DNA of 61,848 nt, filler included, from 10 parts of 10 records of this genome joined end to end with filler, not necessarily neighbours in it, one strand, 5' to 3'; counted from the first letter of the whole stretch, positions 46,391 through 57,319 are shown. Translations and numbers: made by a program. The notes: generated by a model from the letters alone, not told the origin.

Positions 46391-47956
46391 TTAGTTCGCC
46401 GACGCAGCAGCACGAGCTGCTTGATACTCTTTGCGAGCGTGGTTGGCCTTGAGCATGCAGGCGTAGCTCCAAGTGAGGTCTTTGGCAGCCATTGGCACGC
46501 CCGAGTTCCTGTCAATCTGCTCCGTCAGGTGGAAGCCGCCAGGCTCCACATGGTGCCGCAGCCGCATCAGCACGCCGTCACCGGCCCCAGCCAGTGCCTG
46601 GGCGGCACTGGTAGCGTCGAAGGTGTCCGGGAGCCCGAGCACAGGGGCCCAAATGGCGTAAGCCTCTGGGTGCATCGCTTGGGTCGAAACCAGCTCGGAC
46701 GCACCGCGGTAGAGCAGCTGAGCCAGAGCGGCAGTGAGCAGGATCCAAGGGTTCCCCCCGGCGTAGTTGTCTCCCTCGTAGCGCCCGTAAAGGATCCCGG
46801 GCACGCCTGCTTTGGTGTCGGCCTGGTTGATGGCAAAGCTGTTGCAGAAGAGCTCGTTCAGTGTGGCCACAGTGCCGGCGACCTCCTTTGAAGTCGGCCC
46901 GAACAGCCCATCACCCAGGTAGCCATCGTTGAACGCAGTGATCACAGCGGCGTCCTTCTTCCGGCTCTGATCCTCGATCACGAAGCCGGACTCGTAATGC
47001 GCCCCGAGCGTGGCCTCAGCCGCCTTGGCTGCAGTGCCATACTTGCCGGCACGCGACGCGTCGGACTGCTTGGCAGCGAACGCGGCGCCTCTGGTGAGTG
47101 CGGCTCGGGCGGTGAACTTGTTCCAGAACAAATCGCTCGACCGAATTTCCTCCCAGAGGTCACACCCGTTGGATGACCAGTTCTCGGCCACCCAGTCCAA
47201 ATCAGTCTGGATCAGCCCCCAGAGCTCATCGTTGCCGGCAGCGCTCGCGTTCACAGTCGTCTTGGCGTCCGCCCATGCCATTAGCGTCAGGGCTCGCAGC
47301 GCCGGACCGTCGTTCTGGGGTCGGCACCAGCCTCCGGTGAAGACTGAGCCGTTCGGGATCATGTACTTGGGCTCAGCCAGCACCGATGGGAGCCCATTGG
47401 GGTCCTGGTCCTTCTGCACCTTGCTCACCCAACCGGCATACGAGTCCATCTTGTCTGCCACCTCAGCCGGGCTGTCCGCGGTCTGGAGGAGCGCATTCAT
47501 GCTGAGGGCGCCGTCACGCTCCCAGTGGAAGTAGTAGGAGCCGCCGGGGGTGTTGTGGTCCGGGGCGGCCACGACGGCGCCCGATCCTTGGATGTCGAGG
47601 TTGGCCAGGAAGAACTTGCGCATGGCGGCCACCTCGGACTCGGTGAACGGCGGCCCCTTGGAGGCGTAGCTCAGCGGGCAGGATGCGTTCGAGGGCGGGC
47701 TCGGCGGGGTGGGCGGCGAGGGTGGCGAGGGAGGGGTGGGTGGTCCTGGCGGGCCGCTCTTGTGGTAGCACCAAGGGATGTCCTGCGGGAGGTCGGCAGC
47801 GGCTGGTCTCCAGCAGCAGCCCGAGGCCTCGCATTGTTGCTGGTTGGTGCCCAGATGGCCGCAGTCCACGCGGCTGCTCACGTCGCACTGGTCGAATGGA
47901 TAGCCGTAGACAACCGGCCCGAGAGCGAGGACAAGCGCAGAGAGGCGGGGCAGCAT
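46391..47956 (-). CDS. Secreted glucoamylase (GH15) with N-terminal trefoil (P-type) domain and Pro-rich linker
   Basis: Signal peptide; trefoil CDVSSRVDCG..CEASGCCW..PWCY; GH15 motifs YYFHWERDGAL, WCRPQNDGPALRA, DLWEE, GRYEGDNYAGGNPW, EQIDR and LTWSYA. Intronless. Confidence 0.92.
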   Translation of the reverse strand: MLPRLSALVLALGPVVYGYPFDQCDVSSRVDCGHLGTNQQQCEASGCCWRPAAADLPQDIPWCYHKSGPPGPPTPPSPPSPPTPPSPPSNASCPLSYASKGPPFTESEVAAMRKFFLANLDIQGSGAVVAAPDHNTPGGSYYFHWERDGALSMNALLQTADSPAEVADKMDSYAGWVSKVQKDQDPNGLPSVLAEPKYMIPNGSVFTGGWCRPQNDGPALRALTLMAWADAKTTVNASAAGNDELWGLIQTDLDWVAENWSSNGCDLWEEIRSSDLFWNKFTARAALTRGAAFAAKQSDASRAGKYGTAAKAAEATLGAHYESGFVIEDQSRKKDAAVITAFNDGYLGDGLFGPTSKEVAGTVATLNELFCNSFAINQADTKAGVPGILYGRYEGDNYAGGNPWILLTAALAQLLYRGASELVSTQAMHPEAYAIWAPVLGLPDTFDATSAAQALAGAGDGVLMRLRHHVEPGGFHLTEQIDRNSGVPMAAKDLTWSYACMLKANHARKEYQAARAAASAN

Positions 47957-48023
47957 GGTGCACGGCTCGGCTCGGAGCCAACTTCTGACCGGCTTGGTGA
48001 CAGATCTGTGGTCTCACGGACAC

Positions 48024-48123
48024 NNNNNNNNNNNNNNNNNNNNNNNNNNNNNNNNNNNNNNNNNNNNTTAATTAATTAANNNNNNNNNNNNNNNNNNNNN
48101 NNNNNNNNNNNNNNNNNNNNNNN
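48024..48123. other. Artificial contig linker
   Basis: N44-TTAATTAATTAA-N44. Confidence 0.98.
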
Positions 48124-48592
48124 CCCTTGAACTCTCGATAACGAGTCTTGCATGGGAGCTCGATCCAGTACTCAGAGCAGCCAAGTCGTTCCTGGGTGGA
48201 CTCGATTGGGGAGCAATACCATTATACCAAAGTCTCCAACACCATCAGCACTCTTCATGATCGACTCGGGAGCGTGGGATCACTTGGTGGGCCCGCATAC
48301 AAGGGACTTCGAGGGCCTCCACAGGGAAGGCCAAGATTAGAAGTGATCGTCGACACTCTACGTCGTACGAGTAGAATAAAGCGCACTTATAAGGCATTGG
48401 TTACATTGCATTTTAACGACTATCCCCCTTACATGCATGTAATGACTCATGTTACACGTAAGGGGCGCATGCATGAATACTACAAGGTGTGCTTGAGCTA
48501 GTATTGAGCACTTGCTGAGCCGGATCCTACGGACAAGCTGGACCTGGATCGATTGAATAAGTGCATGGTCTTGGTCCAAGGATGGAGCACGG

Positions 48593-51500
48593 TCAGCGAT
48601 TCGCTTTGCTCGGGTTTGACTTGTAGTACTTGCACGACGAGCCGTGCATGCACCTTATGCCTCGGCAATCCACACACGTAAACGTAGTCTTCACAGGATC
48701 GGGAGCTTCCTCAAAATGGTTTGTGAGGCATCGACTACAGTTGAGCCTGACAGTCACCTTGTCTGGTTGCCGTTTACTGTGGCTGCCTTGCATGTTGCAC
48801 TGCTCATTGGTGCAAACATAGAATTTGCGGCCAGGCGTCGACAGGCAAGACTGCTTACAATGATTGCACGATGCAGCAATCGGTCGCCCGGAGGTGGTAA
48901 TCTTCCTGACCACCCTGGTCTCTGAGCCAAGCGTTAGCCAGTCTTTCCCCTCGAGCAAACTGACATTGCAGCCATAACAGTTCCAGATGTTGGCAGCCGC
49001 TGCCTTCCTAGTGGCCTGCAATACCACCACACCAAAGTGTTTGTTGATGCAGTCATGGCAAAATACGCGCGGGCAACAGCAACACGTACAGAGCTTGGAT
49101 TCTGCCTTGGTGGCGCCACACCAGCTACACAGCAGACTATTCCGCAGGCCCTCCTGCGGCAACGGCTGCACCACACCAATGCAGTCTGAGCAAACTGGTA
49201 TTGCCAAAGCTCCATGTGAGACCACCGGGTGTCGTAAAACCTCTTGCACCGGCAAGGATGTCACCCCACACACAGTACATTGGCAATGGAGAGCCCGGCC
49301 TGCCACAACAGAATGCTCAGCGCTAGGGCTGCAGGCCTGGTGCACCAGAGTTGCTGCGAACACGGCCCGTGCCGGCTTTGTTTAGTGCGGCAAGCGCGGT
49401 GCAATCCATCAAAGAATTCAGCCTTTCCTTGCGAGAGAAGCCATTGCGATCCATAAATTGCTCGAGTGCCATTGTAGATTCCCAGAAGAGCAGCCGGCGG
49501 CACTCATACGGTGGCTTACACTTGCACATCTGAGAAGCATGCGCCAAGCACGATACCACTTGGCAGTGAGTACATGTCGAGACCACCCCGGAGAAAAAGC
49601 ATGGTTGCTGGCAATCATAGCATAGAGAATTGCGCAGCTCAAGATCAGACAGGTACTTAGAGTTGCAGGCACGAACCGCAGCAGATTTTCGCTGGGCAGG
49701 GTGGTGTGGAGGTGATTCTTCAACGTGGTAGATCTGGGACTCAGGGATCTCTCTATAACTGATCCTCTGCACAGACCTTCTACTCTTCCTGAGGAACTCA
49801 CCCTCTGGTTGATAGCCATCCTCCAGCAGGGCCGGCAGCTCTCGCTTAGCAGCCCGTGACTTCGAGCCTTGACCGGGCTGACGCTGCTTGGGAGCAGACT
49901 TCTTCGCATTCTTGAGTGCAGGGTAAAGAGCCTTCCGGCACTTGGCGCATGAGCCTTCACAGGTGAACTTAGAGCAGGGGGGACATTTTGGGCCCTGATG
50001 CTCAGGGAAGCACCCAGAACACCACCGTCTGGGGCAGCTGGCGTCCTCACAGGCACGGTATGTCCGTTTTGGGCACGACTTCTCCGACTGAGTGCAGTGG
50101 AAGCAGCTCTTGCTCTTGAGCACAGGAGAGACTGGCCGTACTTCATGCCTATCCTCCTGTTGCGACCCAAGAGCAGAGTCTCGCAGCTGGGTCTCCAGCA
50201 GCATTGGGCATACTTGCTCAGCCTCTAGGTCTTCCTTTTCGTTGCTCAGGTACTCCACATGCCACCTGGCTGGTTCTGATCCAGACTGAGCAAGCCACCG
50301 TGTGATGACTCCAGTGACTACAGTTGCATCAGACGACTTCTCCACAGCAGCACCGATCCAAGGATGGCCTTCTGTCATCCAATTGCTGGAGGGCTGTGGC
50401 TCTGTCTTGACCTGTGCACAAACTGTTGTCTCATCTACTAAGATGGCTGCTTTGGGTTCGTCATCAGCCCTTTTTGTAGCAACATTTTCTTCAGCCTTCT
50501 TCCAAGCAGCTTGCTCCTCAGCCTTTCTGGTTGCACACTCATCGGCCGCTTTCCTCCCAGACTCCTTTTCAGCCGCTTCCAGCTCTGCTTGCTGATTGTT
50601 GCCTGCGCTGTTTGCAAATTTCCATGCGTCTGCCAAATCCAACTGTTTAGAATCAATATTACTAGATCCAGCTGGACTGACATGGTCCTGCTTCACCCTG
50701 TCAGACATGTGCGTGGCCAGAGCAGAACCTTTGCCACCATTTGACACAGATTAGCCGGCTTGGCTGCATCGTCTTCTGTGGGTGCTGCTGAATCATTCAA
50801 TTCCCATGCAGTGTTACCCAAGGCCTGCAAGGCGTCGAGCGAGCAGTCCACCTGGACCACCTGCAATCCCCCTCCATCCTCCCGGAGCATACCAGAAAGT
50901 ACCTGAGCAACGTCCCTCATTTGCTGCCTCTCAAACAACTCCCGAGCCACGTGCTTTGCCAGCACGGCCTTCACTCCCCTCACCTCCTGCTACCACATCT
51001 CAGGGGTGAAAATCAGCTACATGCCTCCGAGTCCACGCCTTTCTCCTCAGTCCTGAGCACAAACGTCCATAGTAACTCGTCCATTCCCACGTAGGTAGCC
51101 CGCCGTCGCCGCCTATCACATCGATACCTGTCCACTGCCAGTCAGATTGAGCGCATGGTCGAATCATGACCTCTCTTGGGCAGCCGACCCGAAGCTAGCC
51201 CAATTCAAAGGCGCAAAATTGGTCGCCTCGCCAAAATTGAATCCGTGAGAGAATCTGAGCACCTAGACTCACCAGGAGACCAGTTGGGCTGTCACCCGCC
51301 ATGGTACGCTCTAGGAAATGTGATCACGTGCTGCCCGGCATGCTGGACCGCTCTGAAGATGGGCACCCCAGCCCGGCGGAGCAGCTGTGGATGGATCATG
51401 GTGCACTTGCGCAGCCGCAGATCTGGGTGTCTATACACGATGCTAGAAAACTGTTGTGAATTCTGCCCCAAGCCAGGTAAACTCAGTCTGTTGCCCTGTG

Positions 51501-52714
51501 GACAGGTGCACGCACATGGAAGATTCCATCGTACCGTTCTGCAGCCACATGGGGCACTGCAAACCAAGTCTTTGGAGCACCACCAAGCATGAAGTTAATT
51601 GAGTACAAGTCATTATCCTCTGTATGCCACGAGAAGAACGCGTATAACATACCAAAGTACCTACCCAGTGCAGCTCACACCGCGCCGGCAGGTGGCACGG
51701 TACATGAACGGGGTGGTGATGCCCGGCATCTCCGCAGTGTCTTCCTCAAAGAAACTGCCCTTCAGCTTTGCAATATTGCCTGCAAGTGCTCAGACGCTCC
51801 CAGTCAACATTGCACACCAGGTGTCCACGGTGATCGGTCGCCTGTTAGGCAGGAGCCATCCACGTCGTTACCATACCGGACATAACGGTCCCCATCTGCC
51901 AGTGCTGCAAAGAATTTATCCTCAAGGTCCAAATATCCTAGTGACTTCTGCTGCTGCTCGTCGCCCAGCTCTGCCTGGGCAAAAGCGTCAGCAAGCCACT
52001 CATATTCGGCTCGTGTTGTGCACTCGTGCGATACTTCAAATCCTGGATCCCCCTCCTTGCGCTGAGTGGGTGCTACCCTAAGCAGCTTTGTAGGGAACTC
52101 TGTTGGTCCCACACTCGCTGCAAACTCTGCACCTGCACAGAACAGTCGTCAGTCTTTTGGCAAGCGGTCTGTCGACGCTGCGGCACGGGTGGGGGCAGCA
52201 CAGGTGAGGCACCTGCAGGTGGGTTGATCAGTGCGACTCCGTAGCGTGAAGCCTCATCATAGATCTCTGCAATATAGCTCGCAGGGTCAGCGTACTGCTC
52301 GAGGCTCGGAAAGTACTCCAGCACCGGCGGAATATTCCGGTCTGACCAGTTCAGGTCGTCCTGGAACTTGTCCGGATCGTGCCCTTGCCCCTGTATCTGC
52401 TGCTGCCGGCCTCGGTGTGCCTCGAACCGCGGCAAGTGGCTTCGCAGATCCGGCCGCTGCTCGATGGTGATCCACGAGTCGTATTCCAGGCTAAACCCTT
52501 CCCAGCGTACCAGGTACTCGCTCCCTTGGCTGGTCTCCCGCGCTGTGACGATTTTGCAGATCGGGGTCTCAGTCTCGTTGGGGCGCACCACCCGAGGCTG
52601 CCTCCCCTCCTTGCCCGGTGAGCCTGGATGCGCCCGCTTGGTCTGTCTGTTGCCCCCCGGTGTAGACCTGCGCTTGGGCCGTTTTAGCTGCTGCCCTGAC
52701 TCTGAATGGCTCAT
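48593..52714 (-). CDS. KDM5-like JmjN/JmjC demethylase with chromo, Tudor-like, C5HC2, ADD and 4CXXC-like zinc-finger domains
   Basis: Chromo [16 protein letters not shown]; Jmj[21 protein letters not shown]; Jmj[52 protein letters not shown]5HC2 [25 protein letters not shown]-like [29 protein letters not shown]. Frames are joined by introns including 50688-50728 and 49300-49336. Confidence 0.85.
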
Positions 52715-52822
52715 GCTGCCGCTTGCACCATCCCCACACACCAGGACAGCTGTACACCGGTACCGTATAGCCGTATCTTAAAAGCGTACAATCATGTACG
52801 GGTACTCTTAGCCGGCCCCGGG

Positions 52823-52922
52823 NNNNNNNNNNNNNNNNNNNNNNNNNNNNNNNNNNNNNNNNNNNNTTAATTAATTAANNNNNNNNNNNNNNNNNNNNNN
52901 NNNNNNNNNNNNNNNNNNNNNN
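52823..52922. other. Artificial contig linker
   Basis: N44-TTAATTAATTAA-N44. Confidence 0.98.
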
Positions 52923-53090
52923 GATCGCCTCGACGGCCTCCTGGCCTCGATCCGGAATACCGCTTCAAGTCCCACGGCTTACATGTACAGTGAGTGACCC
53001 ACTCGCCACACCTTCCTTCCGTTGTCCAGAGTGAGCAACGTTAACGTTTTCTTCGCGGTTGGTCTCAGCCGATCATTTCAACAAGATTCC

Positions 53091-54208
53091 ATGCTCCGTC
53101 CGCTCGTCCTCGCCCTCGCCCTCGCTGTCGCGGCTGACGGACACGGATCACTGGTCACGCCAGCACCGCGTAACTCCGTGGACCGCAGCCTGCCAGAGTG
53201 GGCCGGCGGCCAATTCACCCCAACCGGGACTATCGACCCCTTCGGCTGCGTGTGCACCAACGGGAGCGGCCCTTGCCTATCGGCCCAGTCGTGCTTCTGG
53301 TTCTCCAATGGCTGCACGATCGGCTGCCCAAACTGCACAGGTGATGGGCGGCGCGGCTTCAACATCGACACCTGCGGCTCGAAAATGAATGCGACGGTCA
53401 CTGACCCGTTGCATCGCACCCTGAACCGTGCGGCCGCCGCTAACACGCCGGATGACGTGTACCGTTTCAACCCGTGGCGCTCGCCTGGAGATGCACCTTC
53501 GTTCGACCCCTGCGGCATGGCAGGTGGCACGTGGAAGCCCGCGACGGCCGGCGCCGAGTACACGACGACGCAGTTTGCCAAACAAGGGGACCTCGGGTCA
53601 CAGGTATTGCGCCAGCTCAGCACAGGGATCCGATGGGAAGCAGGCTCGCTGGTTGAGGCCTCCATCTACATCAAAGCCAACCACGGCGGCGGTTGGCAAT
53701 ATAGGTTGTGCCCACTCAGCGAGGAGCTGACCGAGGAATGCTTCAAGCGTACACCACTCCCCTTTGGCTCACAGGAGCATACACTGCGCTGGGCAGATCG
53801 CGAGGTGAAGGTTCCCGCGACCCACGTTAAATCTGTCCGTGGGGATTATTGGGCAATGAACCCAATTCCTATGTGTGGGCAAGAGACAGTACACACGACC
53901 GACCCCTCCGGCAATGTCCACACCTGCCCAAATGGGGTGCCGCACAATGCGACCAACTTCCCATATCCGCAGAATACTTTTGGGACTGACAACATCACAA
54001 GCTTCACCATCGGCGACACACTGCACATCCCTGCAACGCTCGTTCCCGGAGACTATGTTTTAGGTTGGCGGTGGGATGCAGAGCAAACCACGCAGGTCTC
54101 CCAGCCTGTGATTACTGTGCTGCCAATGCTGAATAAGGGGGCTAGGTCTGGGGGGCGTGCGCGGATGTGACAATTACCAAGGCGAAGATGGCGCCGTTGG
54201 AGGGGTGA
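53091..54208 (+). CDS. Secreted lytic polysaccharide monooxygenase-like protein (AA10/AA15-related fold)
   Basis: Signal peptide ends AADG, giving mature His1 HGSLVTPAPRN. Second His in ANHGGGWQYRLCP. GDYVLGWRWDAEQTTQ|VWGACADV after intron 54096-54145. Confidence 0.85.
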
Positions 54209-54435
54209 AGAACGGATCCGGAGCGAGACAGGTTTGTGCCGGCAGTGATCATCAAATAAGCTGACAATTTATTATTGATGGTTCTAGGCTGAGACTATAG
54301 CTCAAAAGTAGTGTTTTTGACGATTTTATTAGAGCATATTAGACTCGTACTCGACCCTGTAGCGGCAAGTAAGACAAGCACCCGCCCCGCCGCATGATCA
54401 CAATGAGTCAGTCATCCACTTCCAAAAGTTCCGCG

Positions 54436-55879
54436 ATGGCGGGAAATGACGCTGCTGACGACCAGCTGCTGCGGTTCGCGGTATGCCAGGTGCGGCTGGC
54501 GGTGGGGCGGTGGGGCGAGCTGGCCGGGCCAGTACATCCAAGCTGCTGCCGACAGCACGGAGGACGAGGACCGCAAGGAGTCACTGGAGGTAGCCGCGCA
54601 ATGCCTGCCGGAGGGGCTCGGCGTCGAGCTGGATTCCGCGCAGCACGAGCTGCCCCGGCCGCTGCTCGAGATCTTCGAGCTGGGACTCCGTGCCTGCCGG
54701 CAACAGGCCAGCGGGCACGCCACTCGGCTGGCTGCCGACCCCAAGTATCGAAAGTTCCTGTCGACGCTGACCGAGGCCGGCTTCTTCAAAGGTGTCGAGG
54801 AGGGCACGGCCGGTGGGGCTTGCATTCGCCGGTGCCTGAGTGGCTGGGGCAGCTCACGAGGCGCGGCTGCATAAAGCCCACGAGACGTACGTGGCTAAGT
54901 ACGGTCACAGCACACCGGTCGACAACAGCAGCGCCGCCGCCCCCGCGGTGCGAGTGCCCAGTGCCGCCGGGCGAGCAGGGCTTTCAGGCGGCGCAAGCTG
55001 CACCAGAGGAGGCTGCACCGACGCCCGCTGAGCCGACTGCGGAGCAGACTGAGCAGGCTGAGGCACTCAAGGCTGAGGGTCTGGCGACTGCTCACAGGCT
55101 TACGCTTGAGTCCCTCGCAGGCAACAAAGCTCTCTCCGGCAAAGAGTATGAGCAGGCCGTCGAGTTTTACACGCAGGCGCTCGCGCTGCGCCCGGGCCAC
55201 CACATCTATCTATGCAACAGGCCGGTCAACGTATTAATGGCGCTGAGATCTGGCTGAACAGGGCTGCCGCACTCTCCTACTTGGACCGGCACGAGGAGGC
55301 GGCCGAGGACGCCCAGGCGGCAATCGATCGGGACAGCAGCTACGTGAAGGCGTACAGTCGGCTCGGGTTCGCGCAGCTGCAGCTTGGCAAGCTGGAAGAG
55401 GCGGCTGAGGCGCCCAAGGCAGACGGGGCACGGGTGAAGTGAGGGGCAGGTGTACCGGCGAGGACTCGAGTTGGACAGCTCGAACCAGAGTCTGAAGCAG
55501 GGGCTTAAGGAGGCGGAGCAGAAGCTGGGCCAGCCCGGGGCGGGCGGGGCTCCGGACCTTATGCAAGGGCTGCAAGGGTTGATGCAAGACCCAGCGGCAA
55601 TGGCGGCCGCGGCAAACATGATGCAGGCAGCCGCTCGGGCAGGTGCATCTGAGGGCTGGTGTGCAGGGTCTTGGCGGCGGCGGTGGGCAAGGTGGCGGGG
55701 GTATGCCGGACCTGGGCGCGCTGCTCAATAATCCGGCGATGATGAACATGGCACAGAACATGATGCAGGACCCAGCTATGATGCAGAACATGATGAACAT
55801 GATGGGCGGGATGGGCGGGGCGCCGCAGCAACAAGACCAGGCCCAAGACGAGATCGAGGATTTGGAGGAGGTCAATTAG
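54436..55879 (+). CDS. SGTA: SGTA/Sgt2 TPR co-chaperone
   Basis: Dimerisation motif ESLEVAAQCL; three TPRs (AEALKAEGN, YLCNRAAA, YVKAYSRLG); Met/Gln-rich STI1 tail. Introns 54490-54532, 54813-54852, 54948-54987, 55079-55120, 55221-55261 (GC), 55410-55449 (GC) and 55627-55666 (GC). Confidence 0.9.
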
Positions 55880-56372
55880 TGGCTTGCGGTACTTTGTTGA
55901 CCGGTCTGCGTCTGGTACATGATTGAATCGCGGTCGGCGGGATGCATGTATAATTATAATAATGCACCTAGTACCTGGCTACCAAGATTAGCAACATCGT
56001 GATCATGAATCGGAACGCAAATCGTTGACTCGCTTCTAGTGGTGCCTCGGTGCCTTTAATACCGTAATACAATCCACTTCTCGTGGTGCAAATGCTAGCG
56101 ACGCTAGCTCGCCCGCCAACTTACAAGCAAGCAACTGACTTGCCAACACAGCCAGCTTGCCGGCCAACGTGCTAGCTAGCGTGGCCGAGAACTTTAGTCG
56201 AGTTACCGAGTTACACATCAACTATGTAAGACTTTGCAGGTCGCGATCGCGTCGTGCAGTACTAGCTATAGCTTGGTACGTCAGTAGGGTTCCTAACAGC
56301 CAGCTGACAGTACAACGGAATGTGGGAATCGTTCACGTCGTCGCCCAAACTGCCGCGCGCAGGGCAGGGACA

Positions 56373-57086
56373 ATGGCTCGTACATACGTCGCGGGGCTCA
56401 TCTTGCTGGCGGTCGTCTTCGCCAGCTCCGAAGATCCTTACCCCCGAGAACCGCTTGGTGGGCATCTCCTCGCAAGAGGAGGCAGCGACGGCCAAGATCG
56501 GCCGGCAGTGCGGCCGGAAGACAAGATCCCGCCGTCGGAGCTCAATGCCTGCCAAGACAGCAACCCACACTGCTCCTATTTATTGCAGTCGGGATACTCG
56601 TGCGACACACAGGCTGGCGGCGGCCGGAAGCTCCGCGATTTCTGCTATGCGAGCTGCGGGGGTTGCCTGATCGCGGAGCTTCCGGGGCAGCGGAAGGTCC
56701 TCGAGGCTCTGTTTAATGCAACACTCGGTAGTGACTGGATCTATGGATGGTCCTTCAATTCGTCCTATTGCAGCTGGTACGGCGTCACGTGCGCAGCCGA
56801 CGGCCGGGTGACGGGACTTCGACTGGGAAGCAACGGAATGAGAGGCACGCTTCCTCGGGAGCTCTTCAGCGGCCTCCCAAGCCTCAGTATTCTGTCTCTG
56901 GCCCAAAACTCGTTCTCAGGGACTATATGCCCCGAGCTTGCAAAAGCAAGCGGCCTCCGAGGGCTGGATCTGCGACAGAACCAATTCTCCGGGAAGGTCC
57001 CAGCAGAAATAGCGAGCCTCACACGGCTCAATGAACTCTACCTGGGCAACAACAACCTGAGCGGGTCGGTGCCTGCACAGTTGAGC
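56373..57086 (+). CDS. Secreted or surface protein with ShK-like domain and plant-type LRRs, 3' truncated
   Basis: Signal peptide; CQDSNPHC..C..FCYASCGGC; LRR cap LEALFNAT..W..YCSWYGVTC; LxLxxNxF/LSGxxP repeats. Confidence 0.8.
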
Positions 57087-57186
57087 NNNNNNNNNNNNNN
57101 NNNNNNNNNNNNNNNNNNNNNNNNNNNNNNTTAATTAATTAANNNNNNNNNNNNNNNNNNNNNNNNNNNNNNNNNNNNNNNNNNNN
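57087..57186. other. Artificial contig linker
   Basis: N44-TTAATTAATTAA-N44. Confidence 0.98.
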
Positions 57187-57319
57187 AAGTTAGATTTAAG
57201 GTAGATTTGAAATAAATAATAAATAATTATAAGCATTAATCACTAATTAATCACTAAATAAAAAAATGATACATGTAGGTATAAGGCATCGTAACGGTTA
57301 GACATGTGTCGTGACAATG

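Noticed and set aside
48152-48340. FMIDSGAWDHL resembling a Copia aspartic protease motif
   Set aside because: It is a short isolated motif at a contig edge with no gag, integrase or RT, and could equally be an esterase-type motif or chance.
13514-55666. Introner elements (transposon-derived near-identical introns)
   Set aside because: The introns share length and composition but no extended identity or terminal inverted repeats within this window.
54490-55666. Nucleosome-phased intron spacing
   Set aside because: Donor-to-donor distances in SGTA (323, 135, 131, 142, 189, 217) and RRS1 (240, 104, 118, 207, 164, 124) show no common period.
14768-55879. Alternative genetic code or stop-codon reassignment
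   Set aside because: TAA (RRS1), TGA (RPT5) and TAG (SGTA) all end conserved proteins at plausible positions, and internal stops fall in introns.
44030-57086. Glucoamylase, LPMO and LRR genes as a carbohydrate-utilisation cluster
   Set aside because: The glucoamylase is on a different contig from the LPMO and LRR genes, so that adjacency is artificial. The LPMO and LRR genes share a contig but are separated by housekeeping SGTA.
15929-57186. Nine identical TTAATTAATTAA elements flanked by N runs, as a repeat family or array
   Set aside because: Each is exactly 100 nt with six-frame stops, and several cut genes mid-frame; they are artificial joiners.
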